Source: Eledone cirrhosa
Taxonomy: Eukaryota
Direction of reading: 5' to 3'
DNA length: 64,000 nucleotides
Assembly (NCBI GenBank): GCA_964016885.1
Contig: OZ024747.1
Coordinates: 32,054,001-32,118,000 of the forward strand
How positions within the stretch are numbered: position 1 is the stretch's first letter; every line of letters begins with the position of its first letter. Of the stretch, positions 49,591-63,079 are shown piece by piece. The notes under the pieces are model-generated. The model was not told the DNA's origin, did not search any database, and worked only from the letters and a program-made list of their open reading frames with translations. A program made the position numbers and the translations under genes.

Positions 49591-50614
49591 ACATACTCTA
49601 TCCTTTTAAATCTTAACATTTTGTAATGATTTAGCAGAACAAGTCTAAGAAAAAATGTTTATAGTATCATTACTAGTGGACAGACTATTTTGAAAATTCA
49701 CTATGAGATGCTGTCATAGTGCTGTTTTGTACTTTTCAAAAATGTCTTGCTAATATGTTTTCATGCGGTACAGGTCTTTAAGAGTTAAAGGTATAAACAG
49801 AATCATGGGAAGAAAGTAGTGGGGGTTGTTGATAACAAGAAATAATCTAAGAAACTGAAATAAATGTAGTTATTGTAGAAAAAGAAAAGAATGTATGACA
49901 TTTGGGGTTCAATCCCTATGCAGAGACAGTGAAGAGATGTCTATGTGCTGCATGATATTTATCTATTTAATTCAAGATTAATGTTAGTACAATTCTCATA
50001 AAGAATACATTTTAAAAACTAAATTCAAATTTTCAAATAAAGTTCACAAATATTTAACAGCAAAGAGTGGAGCAGTACTTATGTGGACTATTCACTGTTT
50101 TTATTATAAAGTTAACCTATTGAAGTAGGAAATTTTATGTCTCATCTAGGATAAAGAGAGTAAAGTAAGTATCATACTGTATTGAAATGATTTATTAGAT
50201 AAAATAGATATACCTTTAATATGATGCTGAAATCTGATAACTATATTTTCCACTTCTATAATTTCATCAATAAAAACCATTCATGCAGATAATTGAAGTT
50301 AGGCAATCTGAAAAAAGAATATACAAATTTAGACCAGCTTTCTTACTTTACATCAATTTATTAAGATTTTAAATATTACCTTCATTAAATTAGTTCTTGA
50401 TGATCCATCTTATACATGTAAGCATGGAAAGTAGAGGTAACATGATGATGATGGGGATGGTGATGATGTTGATTGGCAAAATCAGTAGAGCATCAGATAA
50501 AACACCTAGAAGCCATTAACATTTTGAATTCAAATCCTACTGAGGTCAACTCCACCTTTTATCCGTCTGTGTTAGGTGTGTCAATGAAATTTAGTTCATT
50601 ATTTTGACCTTACA

Positions 50615-50835
50615 ATGAGGGTGGTGGATTGATAGTATTAGTAGAGTGTTGGACAACATGCTTTACAGCATATGGCAATGTCTTTTTATGTTCTGAGTTC
50701 AAATCCTTCTGAGGATAGCTTTGCCTTTCATCCTTACGAGGTCATTAAAATAAAGTACCAGTAATACACTGGGATTGATTTAATTGACTTTGCTCTCTCC
50801 TCAAATTGTTGGCATTGTGCCTAAATCAGAAACCA
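50615..50835 (+). mobile_element. Diverged SINE family A
   Basis: Core and B-box match. Confidence 0.8.
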
Positions 50836-51095
50836 TGATTTTGCCCTTACAACTTAATGATATTACAGCTCCCTTCCACATTTACAAAATAATGTGTGAA
50901 GTCTTATGTTTTGGTAAAAAGCAATATTTAAAAAAGATATATTTTACTAATATTACTAGTTGTGGACTTTGAATGTTGTTCACTGCAAGAGACTTGATGG
51001 TATATTCGCTGCTTCGCATCTCTGATGTTGTGAGTCATTTGACCCTTGCTGACCTTGTTACTAACCTGCTGAAAGATTACTCCTCTTTACTCCAG

Positions 51096-51237
51096 ATATA
51101 AAGTGATGAGACGTTTGGCAATATATCACCTTGAAATCAATCATCAAGATGGGCATGGCCTCAAAGGAACGGATCTGTGTGCTGCAACGTTCAACCAAGG
51201 AGTCTGGCACTTGAACTTTGTCAGTGACTCAAGATGA
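51096..51237 (+). CDS. Probable terminal coding exon of an unidentified host gene (YKVMRRLAIYHLEINHQDGHGLKGTDLCAATFNQGVWHLNFVSDSR*)
   Basis: TACTAAC branch point at 51059-51065, pyrimidine tract, CAG acceptor. Only one open frame. Non-repetitive composition; AT-rich downstream sequence with AATAAA motifs. Confidence 0.6.
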
Positions 51238-53222
51238 CAAAGAATATTACCAGATTCATCCTGCTGCTATATAACAACAATAAGATTTTGTTTGTTTATT
51301 TACAATATTGTAGATTCTTTTTATTTATTCCCATATTTACCATCTGTTGTATCAATGTAATAGAATTGAGGGGCAAATTATAAAATTGTTCATTCATAGA
51401 AACCTGGTATTTTGTTTTTAAAATATCATCAGCATGAACTCAAACATTATAAATTATATGAGTTTGTAGAATTTTTCTGTTTAATTCCGATGTAATTATT
51501 ATTACATTAAAAAAAACATATTTCAACATACTTTGGAGTCATTCTTCGTCTATATCTCTTTTTCTGTCCTTCTCTGGAAGAAATATGCTATATTTAGACC
51601 TGGAGAGCAGATGGGTTTCGCCAAGTTTTGAAATGTTATAGAAGCACTCTATGTCAATATGATGCCTCTAAAACTCTCTCAGGAGTTATGGGACCATCCT
51701 TTGGAGTTAATATTTGTATTTTAAATGAAACTCATAATGGGAGAGGGAGCAGAACTCTGTGAGCAGTGTTCTAATATCATTTACCATTGCCCTACTACAC
51801 TAGTCAATTTCTACAGTTACAACAGGTCTTCACTTTTCTGTATCATACCCTATCTCATGAGTGTTTTACACTACCACTCAGCTTTCTTTTCTTTATTCTC
51901 TCATATAGTCTTTTTCTCTCACTTTATCACTCCTCACTCATCTAGCTTTTGGCCATTTCTCTCGATTTATTTACATTAGTAGAACCTCGAGTATAAATAA
52001 ATATCCCTAGAAAAAAATGCAAAATTCATGCAATTAAATTTGTGTTTGTTTTATATATGACTTTGCATAGAAAAATGTGTTTTATTTCAACTGTGAATAT
52101 AAATAGAAAAGATTTATGAATATTTTTATACAACTAGCACAATATACTTATGAATATAATAAAACAAATATTTGATAGATTATTGTAAGGTATCGGTTTC
52201 TAGTTTAGCAGTTCCAAATTTGATAGCTTTTTTGTTTTATTTCATTATTGAATGTATTGTTGCAGATTTAAATTATTCTTTTGTTTGTTTATTTAAAAAA
52301 CATTTTTACAATATTGTTTTTTTTTTCTTTTTTACAATAGTGTTTTTAATATAACAACATATATGTGACACTTTGAAAATATCATTCGAGTTTTTGAAGT
52401 GAAAAGTAATTTATGAAATGGAATTCCTATATGGTACATATATCTCTATCATATCACATTGGTCAAACAGTATTTTCCCAAGATATATGAATTTCATCCT
52501 CTTTACAAGGCTGTTAAAAAGTTAGTTCTTAATATCACATGATTTACATGAATTTATGTAAGAATTTATGTGGTGAGTGTTGTTTAGAAAAAAAAATCAA
52601 AAACATATCTGATGTATTCAATATTTTACACAACGTCATTATGTAGAATCCGGTTTAATACTCATTGTAATAAAATCTTTTGAAATTGTCAGTGAGTCAC
52701 AAAACAATTTATAACTGTATTTTTAATAATAAAACACAAAAAGAAAAATATTTAGACTGCCAAGCCAGTAGTTCCATCAAAGATAAACAATACTAATGGA
52801 CATATTGTACACAAGAAAAATAATATAAGTAATGTGTATTAAATAAGGAAAACATAAGTATAATACCGTTTTATTTTCTGAAAATCATTTTTGTTTCCAT
52901 TTTTTTAAAGATGAAAATGCTATTGTAAATGCATTTATATTTATGTATATGGCCATCATTTGTATTGTGAGAAAGTGAAATAGTACACAAATACGTTTCA
53001 TGTCCTTCCCTTTACTATTTCTTTTTTTTCTTTATTCACCCACATTGTCTTTTTCTCTCCCTTTTTCTTTTTCTATCACACTCCTTTTTCCTTCATTTCT
53101 ACATTCTCTCACTTTCTTCTATTTTTTCTATGAGTTCCTATTCATTCAAAATATTTTTGTTTTATTTCCAGCCCCCCCCCCCCCCTACATACAGAAAAAT
53201 GTAAAATAGATTTATATGCATT

Positions 53223-53257
<35 letters not shown>

Positions 53258-54539
53258 TTATAATATATATATAATATATATATATGTATATATATGGGGG
53301 TAGCTGTGCACACACAGTCAGTATATGCTCTGATTTATTTATTGTTATTATTATTTTCTCATAAATATTTTCATCACAACTTCCTGTGACCTATTCAAAC
53401 AAAACTTATTTCTGCAACTGAAGTTTTCAGTTCTGTTGTTGTTGTTGTTTTGATGTATATAGCAAAGATGTGCTGTTATGTGCCAATGTAAATATATATA
53501 CCTTCATGTATGTGAAGTTGTATAATGGAGGGCACTTATGCATATGTATATGTATTTAATGGAGGGTGCTTCGGTATGTATATGTTTGTGTGTATGTATG
53601 TAATGGAGGGAACTTCATGTATGTTTGTAATGGGGGGCACTTTATGTGTGTGTGTAAGTGGAGGGGCAGGGTGTTCTTGCAAATAAATTATACAAAGAAT
53701 GGTTTCACTATTTTCATAATTTATAATTCTAGGTTTCTATTTTATTTATTTTGTCTCAGTCTTTCAAAATATTTTTTACACATCTTCTACCATAGTTATT
53801 TTATCGGTGTTTTCATCACATCATCTGATTAGGGCGTTTTTATCTACTATAAAGTATTTTCTAGTGAATCCATAAGTTAATTTTATACATAGAAACTATA
53901 GTTTTTAATACCTTCAAGTACTGCCAATTATAACATATACACTGATTTATTTAATACATTTTACGATTATTAATTTCTCATAAATATGTTCATTGCACCT
54001 CCCAGCAACAACTTCAGGTATGCCATATTCCCGTAGCTGGGGTTTTCACTTCTGCTTTTTGTTTGCTAAGTGATGCTAAGGTATTTTGACATATGTACAA
54101 GGGTTGGCTGAAGAGTTCATAGGCTGACTAAGAAACTCTCATATAATGACTAAATTAGATATAATTTCAAAATACTCCTTGGAAAGAAACAATGTAGTTA
54201 TTAATAGAAAGAATTTGAATTAATGCATGCAAGATTTCATAGCTCTAGCATCACTCCACAGCCAGCTTATGAACCATTCAGTTCACCTTCGTATGTGTGT
54301 CTGGTGGGTGGGTTTCGTATCATCACCATTTCCATCATATATATATAAGTAAGTATGTTTTTGAAACAGCAAGCAAGTTTGAAATTAGAAATAGAGGCTT
54401 TCACTGTATTTTTGAGTAAAGAAAGTTTTGCCTGATAGTGGGGGTTTAGAACCCTGTAAGAAATGGAAAAAGATGAGTGAGTATTGGCTAAAATTTCTTT
54501 AGTCAAAAATATGGCGAAAGCTTCTATTTCTAATATATA

Positions 54540-55140
54540 TACTATCAGTGGTATTTGGAACGCGGGCCGCCAACCAATCATGGAAAAACTTCATGCATGG
54601 AGAATATGTAAAGAAAATAAACCGAATACTCTGATGGCTGGATAATCTTTAAGATTTTCCTCGATGAAGCAGGAAAAATGCAGGTTTTCACCTAATGCAG
54701 GCCCTAGGAGATCAAGAAAATGAATTTTTTTATATGCATAATATGCCTTGAAATTTCGGGAAAATCGGCTTGACGTAACGCCTCAAAAAAGCCCTAAAAA
54801 GCTGATAAAATGAAGTTTTTCACCTAATGCGGGCCATAGGCCATAACAAAGTTGGATTTTCTTTGCTCACGGTATGAAGAAGAGACTGACTAATACATAG
54901 TTACAATTTCAAGGAAATCGGTCTGACGTAACGCCTAAAAAACTCCATAAAAAGCTGAAAAAACACAGTTTTTCACCTAATGCAGGCCATAGGGAATCAA
55001 AAAGTTGAAATTTTTATGTGCATAAGTAATACACTCCCTGAAACATAAGTAATACACATGTAAAGTTTGAAAAAAATCGGTTGGGTACTTCTCGAGTTTT
55101 AGGGATTCAAACTCACAGACACACACACACAGACAGACAT
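54540..55140 (-). mobile_element. Non-autonomous Helitron-like element with three internal repeats
   Basis: Minus strand starts GTCTGTCTGTGTG...AACTCGAGAA...AACCGATTTT; TTTTCACCTAATGC recurs near 54685, 54817 and 54970. Confidence 0.5.
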
Positions 55141-55574
55141 CCTCGGTGGGCGGTTTTCTGCTAGCAAATCTAGTGTATATATTGATATTGTTGAGATTTG
55201 GATGAGAAATCTTTTCGGCACCACATGTTCACCATCTCTTGGTGTGTCTTTTATGCATGTATAAATATATATGTTATCTATACGGTGAAATCTTTGAAAT
55301 AAATATATGTTGAAACGAAAAAGGAGAAAATAAATAACTGGCGGTTAGAAAAAAATATTCCTATGAAATTTTAATCATACCATTAGGTGTGAATAAGGAA
55401 ATATTTTTTTATTGTCAAAACTAATGTTCAAAAGTTAAACTTCAATTTTTTGAATTATTTCCAATTTTTTCATGAAATTGAACACTGGACATTGGCTGCT
55501 GGAAATGGAAATTAAATCGTATTTAATTGTATTTAAATTTTTAACCTTATTTTATTATTTATATTTTTTCAAAT

Positions 55575-56229
55575 TATATATATGAAGCTGTGGTTGTCTG
55601 TCTGTCTATCGATTTTTGGCACACATCTCCTCTTAGAATCTCTGACGGAATTGCACCGAAATTGCTATACTTGTACATTGAGCCCTAGCGAAGACATCGG
55701 AAAAAAATATTTCAAATTGACCCACCCTATGTGACGAAATCGAATCTAATGTATCGATTTTTGAGCGTAAGTGACGAGTTATTTCCCTTTGTTCTGTTTA
55801 CATTGAGCGTCTTACGTTGTTTACATTTTCTGCGTGCAAAAATTAAAAAAATTACGCTGGCTTTCTCAGCGTTTAAAATGACATTAACACAATACACGAA
55901 CAGTTGTCGAGCCAGCAAAATTTTGACCTGCAAAATTCATCAGTTCGAACACTAAGCTTCCGTTTTGCTTCATTTCCATTTAAAAGCCTTTTAAAACAAT
56001 ATTTTTACTTGAAAACAAGTCTATTTAAAGACTACGTAAAACAAGCAAATATTTCGTAAAAAAAAGCAAAAATTATATAAGTTTATTTAAAATATATGTA
56101 TCTGTAAATTTCGTTAGGCGTGCAGACAGACAGTCGTGCAGACAGACTTTAAGCCAAAAAAGAAACTTAACATTGTAACTTTAACACATCTACTGAGCGA
56201 CCCCGAGCAACGCCGGGCTTTACTGCTAG
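55575..56229 (+). mobile_element. Non-autonomous Helitron
   Basis: 5' TATATATGAAGCTG...GTCTGTCTGTCT; 3' hairpin CCCGAGCAACGCCGGG followed by CTAG and a T. Confidence 0.75.
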
Positions 56230-56799
56230 TAAGAAATAAAAAAAAAACAACAAAAAAAATTGAAGAAAAAAATTGAAGGTTATGGAACTGCGCAATCTGA
56301 TTAATAAATTACCTCATCAGCAGCAACCTTCTTCAAATGGTCCTTATTATCAGCAGCAACAACCACAAATTCAATGGCAACCTTCTTCAAACCACAAATT
56401 CAATGGCAACCTTCTTCGCATGGTGTCAAGTCAGAACCGCCTCGAACTGGTTACTTCTGGCTTGTGCAAGGTGTCTCTATAGCAACCAGCGATTCCCTCG
56501 GCCTCAGTGACCAAAGTCAGTGGAGAGGGGAAGGTAATGTTTCAATAAAGGAAGGGGAAGGTAATATTTCTGTAGCACGTGTTTTAGCGTCTATTCACTC
56601 TCTGTCTCTCCCTCCCGCTATCTCCCTCTTGTAGTCTGTCTCTTTCTTTCACTCTCACTCTCTCTCTATGCACGTGTTTCCACTGTCGGACAGACAGACA
56701 GAGAAATTGCTGGTTATATATATAAGTAGATATAGTTGAAAAGGAAAAAACAAAACACAGGAGGCAATTGTACACAGTTATATTAGATTATATAAATTA

Positions 56800-57590
56800 T
56801 CACTGTTTAATGCCTATTTGCCGTGATTGCATGTGTTAGTCTAATTTCCACATGCTGAGGTTAAACTGGTCAGATGACCACATCCAGCTTATATGTTCCA
56901 TTTTGGATTCGTTTCTTTGTATGGATGCTTTTCCTAGCACCAACCACTTTACAACATATCCTTGGAGCATAGTGTGATGGCCGGATGCCCTTCTTAACCA
57001 TATTGCATAATATATTGAGTACAATTAAAGCACCTAATCCATACTGAAAAGTGGTTGTTTTCATGCTATGACAAAGAGTGGTCAATCTACACTATAAATT
57101 GGTCATTTTGGGTCCACGTTAAAAAGCACCCAGTCAAGACTGTAAAGTGGTCATGTTGGTGTCATGCCGAAAAGCACCCAGTCCATACTGTAAATGTGGT
57201 TGGCATTAAAAAGGGCATCCAGCTGTAGAAATCTAGCTAGTAACAGTTTTCTGTGAGCAAGACAGTCATCTTATCTAACTTGTCTCATAATGAAACAACT
57301 CATCTAACCCATGTTAGCATGGAAAAATGGACATTAAATGGTGATGATTATAATATACACACACACACACACATATATATATATAAGACCTGGGATGAGG
57401 TGATATAAGCCGTAAATGAGGTTGGTGTAAGGAAGGGCATCCATCTGTAGAAATCAAGCCAAAATCAGTTCCCGTATGAGCAAGACAAGGTCACCGAACC
57501 TGGCACTGCCTACAACAGGACAACCCATCTAACCCATGCTAGCGTGGAAGAATGGACGTAAAATGGTGATAATGATGATGATGATATAGA
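56800..57590. mobile_element. Cluster of short RTE-derived elements (minus 56800-57060; plus 57070-57350; plus 57386-57590)
   Basis: AAGGGCATCCA and CCCATGYTAGCRTGGAA motifs; (GAT)n tails. Confidence 0.8.
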
Positions 57591-57685
57591 AATGGCTTCT
57601 ACAGGACTAGAACTGTTTCATTCGAAGCAAATACTATGTATTGAGTACCTTACTTACTGTGGTTACCCCCAATTGAACCTGGGAT

Positions 57686-57716
<31 letters not shown>

Positions 57717-58606
57717 CAGGGTGCGAACGATATTTGTTCGCAATTTTCAACTGCTAATTTTGTGCAAATTTTATTTACTTCTGTTGTCACTCTTGTCTTC
57801 ATAAAAACAGTGACTATATTTCCATTATTTATTTTCAGAATAATTGATTATGAATAATTTTGAACCTCCAAATTTGTGGAAGAGACACGGAGTTCTTCTT
57901 GGAATCCGCGCCGGGAGGATAAATAAGGAAATTTCAGACTTTCTCAGCATCAGCAGGAGAATGGTGGAAAAGGTCAGAAAGGAATTGGAAGATTCAGGAT
58001 TCGACTACGAAGCAACATCAGAGAGGAAAACACATGATCAACGATCTGACGCCTTCAGAACGCCCGAGTTCTTCCCTGAGGGCCTCAAGCTGAACACCGA
58101 TGGCTACATCTGCGTTCTGAGTGAGGTATTAAAGCCCTGGATCGACCACGTAGCTGCAGGTAGGCCGTACATGTGGCAGCAAGACTTAGCGCCCTGCCAT
58201 ACCAGCCAAAAGACCCAAGCCTGGCTGTCAGAGAACTTCGTCGACCACACTTCACCTGACATCTGGCCTCCCAGCTCGCCTGACTGCAACCCCCTCGACT
58301 TCTTTGTGTGGGGCGCAGTGGAACGAGACACCAACAGATCTAGCTGCAATACGAAAGACGATCTGAAGGCCAGGATCACAAGTGCCTTTAATGGCCTAAG
58401 TAGAGGGACAGTGACGAAGGCCTGTAGCCAGTTCCGAGGCCGCCTTGAGGCCATCATCAAAGCTAATGGTGGGTTTATCGAGTGAGATCGAAAGAACAAG
58501 TCATGAAGACAAACTGACCCAAGTTTGATAAATAAATCTTAAAAAATAAAACTACTGTGTTATTTTTTCCTAGACAGTAATGTTGCGAACAAATATCCTC
58601 CACACC

Positions 58607-58609
<3 letters not shown>
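57717..58609 (+). mobile_element. Tc1/mariner superfamily DD37D (maT) transposon, internally deleted
   Basis: TIRs CAGGGTG...GATATTTGTTCGCAA; TA flanks; QQD-x37-D with WPPSSPDCNPLD. Confidence 0.92.
57844..58485 (+). CDS. Internally deleted transposase (HTH fused in frame to the C-terminal part of the DDD domain)
   Basis: 213-aa ORF; the first catalytic D region is absent. Confidence 0.8.
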   Translation: MIMNNFEPPNLWKRHGVLLGIRAGRINKEISDFLSISRRMVEKVRKELEDSGFDYEATSERKTHDQRSDAFRTPEFFPEGLKLNTDGYICVLSEVLKPWIDHVAAGRPYMWQQDLAPCHTSQKTQAWLSENFVDHTSPDIWPPSSPDCNPLDFFVWGAVERDTNRSSCNTKDDLKARITSAFNGLSRGTVTKACSQFRGRLEAIIKANGGFIE

Positions 58610-58662
<53 letters not shown>

Positions 58663-60371
58663 TCGCTGTTTAATGTTTGTTTTCCATGATTGTATGAGTT
58701 AGACTGTCACACGCTGAAGTCATGCTGATTAGGTGACCACATTCTGCTTGGCTGCTCCATTTTGCCATGGTTTCTATACCAACCACTTTTACTTTGCAGA
58801 GTGGGCAGAGATTTGAGCAAACACACATACACGTGTTTGGAGATAATATATATGTTTCCTGCATGCTATTCTTTGAAAATGGTATTGTGGCACTAAATTT
58901 GTTCAACTGTTGATTGAACAGAATTTCTCTCTAGGTTGGGAGTTTAAAACTAAAACTTTTCCAAAGAAAGATTTCCAAGTTTTATTTTGCTGCTTCTCCA
59001 TTTCTAACCTGACAACAAAACTGTTGGCATGGCTTTGTCTTTGTGTAAATAGTCATCATAAAATGCAATTAATTATGCATTTTAGCAGGTGGAGTGTAAC
59101 ATTTCACAAACAGAAGATTAAAGGTAGAAAAACAAATTGAAATTTCGTGTTTGGTTAAGTTCATTTCACTTCAAAAGACAATTAGCATTTGAATTAAGAA
59201 TTTAGAACAGCAAAATAAAAAAAAATGTTTATTAATTATATAAATAAATAATAATAATAACAATCACAAGAATAATAGTGATAATAATACTAGCAATAAT
59301 AATAATTTATAACAGAATCAATAATAATAATATTAATAACAATAATAACATTAGAATAAAAAGAAGCTATTGTATTAATTTTAATTAGAATTTGCTGAAA
59401 CTAGAGATTTCAAAGATGTTACTATGTTACTAATATTTCACAAAATATTTGATATGTTTTCATGCGTTTTACTATGTTGGGGATGTCGTTTGGTTTCTAA
59501 GTAACATTGATTTCTTTCAAGGCTGCTATAACATTTGTTCTTTAATTTTTTTTTTATTATTATATTCTGAGCTGAGTTTTATATTCTAAAACTGGCCTTT
59601 CTCTACTCTGAATATGGTGACTGAGGTATTCCTAACTCAGTTTTCATTAATGCCTCATTTTTTTCTTTTTCTTTTCACAATATTCTCTGTAACTGTTTTC
59701 TGTAATATATTTTACCATTCTTATAGATTTCACTTTGCTGTGTTGTAAGCTGCCTCTCTGACTGTCTCTCTCAGTATCTATCTAAATATCCACCCATGTA
59801 ATTATCTATCAAGGCATCCAACCATTTGTTTAGGTATGTATCCATGAATCCATTTTTTGCCTCCAGCCATCCATCTATATCTGCATTCATTCATCTATTC
59901 AAACATGCAAGTATTCATCCATCCATCAACCTAATCATGCATCCATCCATCTATTTATTCATCAATCTATCCATATATTTATCCTCCTACAAACCAACCT
60001 ATTTCTCTACCTTTTTCAGGAAGATTCAGTAAGATTCATAATTCCCACCTCAGACATCATCCATATTTTCTGGCTCAAACTCTGTAAACACAACCTCTAA
60101 TCTGCTCTAATTACCAGTAAGGAGTAGACAGAATTTTCCCAGATACAGTCCATCTGACAGGCTTCCAAACAATCTCTATTTACCCAGTTTCAGTCACAAG
60201 TCATCCTGATCCAGGAGACAAATAGTCAGACATTCCATTTGTGACAGTATTGTTTTTTATTCATCCAGTGATTCTAGAAGTACATTATTCAAATTTCCAT
60301 TTTTTTTTAGAATGTTAAGCTGTGATTTGAGAGAGGTTCACCTGCTATTTCTTGCTAGTCAAACATCTACA

Positions 60372-60640
60372 TGTGAAGGAACATAGCCTAGTAGTAAGTG
60401 TATTGGACTTATGATCATAATGTCATAGGTTCGATTCCTGGACTGGGTTGTTTGTTGAGTACTTAAGCAAAACACTTCACTTCACATTGCTTCAGTGTAC
60501 CCAGCTGAAAATGGACTGGCGTCTGGTCCAGGGAGGAAGTCTTGTATTCTCAGTTGCACAAGAGCACAGAAACCAGGATAAGCACCTGCCTGATGACCCT
60601 CTGGGTTCGAAACAGACATTAGACTTAGAAACAGCTACCT
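60372..60640 (+). mobile_element. SINE family B
   Basis: A-box, B-box GGTTCGATTCC, central AAGCAAAACACTT...CAGCTGAAAATGG. Confidence 0.8.
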
Positions 60641-61458
60641 AGATGTACCCTCATTGGCCTATCTATATTTTGGCAACCACAATCCTGTGACCATGAGTCC
60701 TTTCACTGGATTTTAGGGGAAAAAAATTTCAATATATTTAAATAAAATTTAATGTTTTCATAAAACATTTCTAATATGAATTATTTTATCTGTTAAATGT
60801 ACTGCACATAAACCCTGGTATATATGTATGTACCATCATTTAACACCCACTTCATACATATATATATATCCTTATTCTCACACACATATATAAATAAGTA
60901 TGTATGTACATATGTGTGTGTGTATATATATATACACACACCTATGCATATACACATGCACACTAACATATCCACAAGATGCATACATTTGCTTATATGA
61001 TTGGCAGGTAATTAGATTGTTCTAAGCCAAGTTTTCAAATTCCTTGAGAATGATTCTGCATGAGATGATTTAGTGTAGATATATTGCAAGTTTTAATGAT
61101 AACCCTAGTGCAGCTGCAGATTGTCAAATCTAAATATTTTATATAATATCCTACTATCTGAAGGGATGATGACTCATGTTTTATCAACTTGCTCTTTTCT
61201 GTCATCTTACTGCACTAATACACTCAATTCTTAATGTCTTTCTCTTAGTTATAAAATTGCTACCATGTTTATGCTCTGTGTGTTTGGATTAGAATAGGTA
61301 AGGGCATTCCTGAATTTACAATGCTGATTGAAAGGTTTGGCATCATGAAGGAACCTCCATCCATAAAACATTACCTGAAAAATTACCCCATGAAATGTAC
61401 GAAACCTTTCGTGGGTTTGCCAAGTTAACCCATGCTTTAGCAAGGAAAATAGCCTTAA

Positions 61459-62117
61459 CCCTGTTGTGTCATGTTCCTGGTATTGCAGTAATAGCCTAAA
61501 CATAATCTCCACCAGATTCCTATTAAAGCAGTAGTGAACAACATATGTTGAGAAAAGAAAATACTAAAACAAGACAACTGATCATGTATCTTTGTAGTTA
61601 TATGTGTTAATGACTTATTGTTAATCGTGTCCCCTAGAGTAGTTGTTTACTTTTGTTTTTAATTTGAAAAAATGAATTTTTTGGCAATGAAACTAGTGTG
61701 TGATGAACCCAGCACATTGTCTGTTAAACCAGCAGTGTCTAAACTCTTTACAGCTGAAGAAATTATTAATGATATTTATTCTATGGATGAGAGTGAGCAA
61801 GAATTTCAACAAGTTTAACTTTATGTTGACAGCAAGAGTGATTTCAACAATGAAACTTGTGAAAATGGTGAGGAAATTAGCAATTCAGGTGAACAATTTA
61901 GCTGTGGCCATCAAACAGCTAATACTGTTAGGGGTGGTGGAGATTATGTAAATCTAGATGAAGGGTGGATAGACACATTTACTCTGTCTTGTGTTGACGC
62001 TGTCCCTTGATTTGCCAGCAATTTTTAATCTTGAGATGTGTATGCCACTATTTATTTTTTTGCTCAGGAGCCCATGTGGAGGATAAAGTTAGACACAGGG
62101 GCCCAGGTCTTAAAGGG
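61459..62117 (+). mobile_element. Possible deleted piggyBac element
   Basis: TTAA-CCCT...AGGG-TTAA ends; decayed acidic frame FTAEEIINDIYSMDESE. TIR match beyond CCCT is weak. Confidence 0.45.
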
Positions 62118-62217
62118 TTAAAATTCGTTTTGTATAAATCTTAGCATTTTGAAGATTTTGAAGTGGCAGTTGTGAAGAGAAGAGAAGACAAGGACAATAT
62201 GTGAAACTTATACAAAA

Positions 62218-62251
<34 letters not shown>

Positions 62252-62559
62252 AAGGGGTGAGAGGTGAGAGGGATGAGAGATGAGAGGGGTGATAGAGAGG
62301 GTGAAAGGGAAATCTTTTCCACTCAGAATTCCTGGCAGTTCTTCATACAACAATTATCATCCATGCTCATTGTATGTCTCTACTAACATAATTTTTCTCC
62401 TGCATAAAACACCTCAAAAAATTTGATATGCCCCTCAATATAAAATCAGGTTTGGTGTTAAAAGATTATGAAGTAAAATTTATAAATTGTCCTTTTTACT
62501 TTACAAAAAAAAAATGAGTTTAATTAATGGTTCTGCATTCATATTTACAATTTTAAATA

Positions 62560-62720
62560 ATGGTTTCTGATTTAGGCACAAGGCCAACAATTTTGGGGAG
62601 AAGCAAAATTGATTAAATTGATCCACTGCATTACTAGTGCTTTATTTTATCAACCCAGGAGGGATGAAAGGCAATGCTAATCTTGGTGGGATTTGAACTC
62701 AAAATGTAAAGGACCATAAC
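62560..62720 (-). mobile_element. Diverged SINE family A
   Basis: Core and B-box match. Confidence 0.75.
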
Positions 62721-63079
62721 TGTAAACACATCTGAATGAAGATTAACATTTTTCTCACTGTTATATTTTAAACCCCCTTCCTTCAAATATTCAAATTACT
62801 GCTCCGTAATATTGAAATTGTCTCCACAATTTTTCTCTATATATTGTCAATCGACATGCTAGAAATAATATTCAAATCTCCCCTCACCAAAGCATAGCCT
62901 TATCGTATGTTAAAATCACAAATTAGATAATGCTGTCCTGCATACAGATTGGGTAGTCATATACTAGTGTTTGCTTTGACTGCTGATGAACAAAAACCAT
63001 AGTTAATACTTTTAAGTCTTTCTTCTGTTTAAGGTTATGTTTTTCTTTCAACTTCCTCTCTTTCTTCTTATCTCTAAAG

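Noticed and set aside
60585-60625. CTGATGA ccctctggg ttc GAAA in the SINE-B tail
   Set aside because: Stems I and III do not form, and other SINE-B copies lack GAAA.
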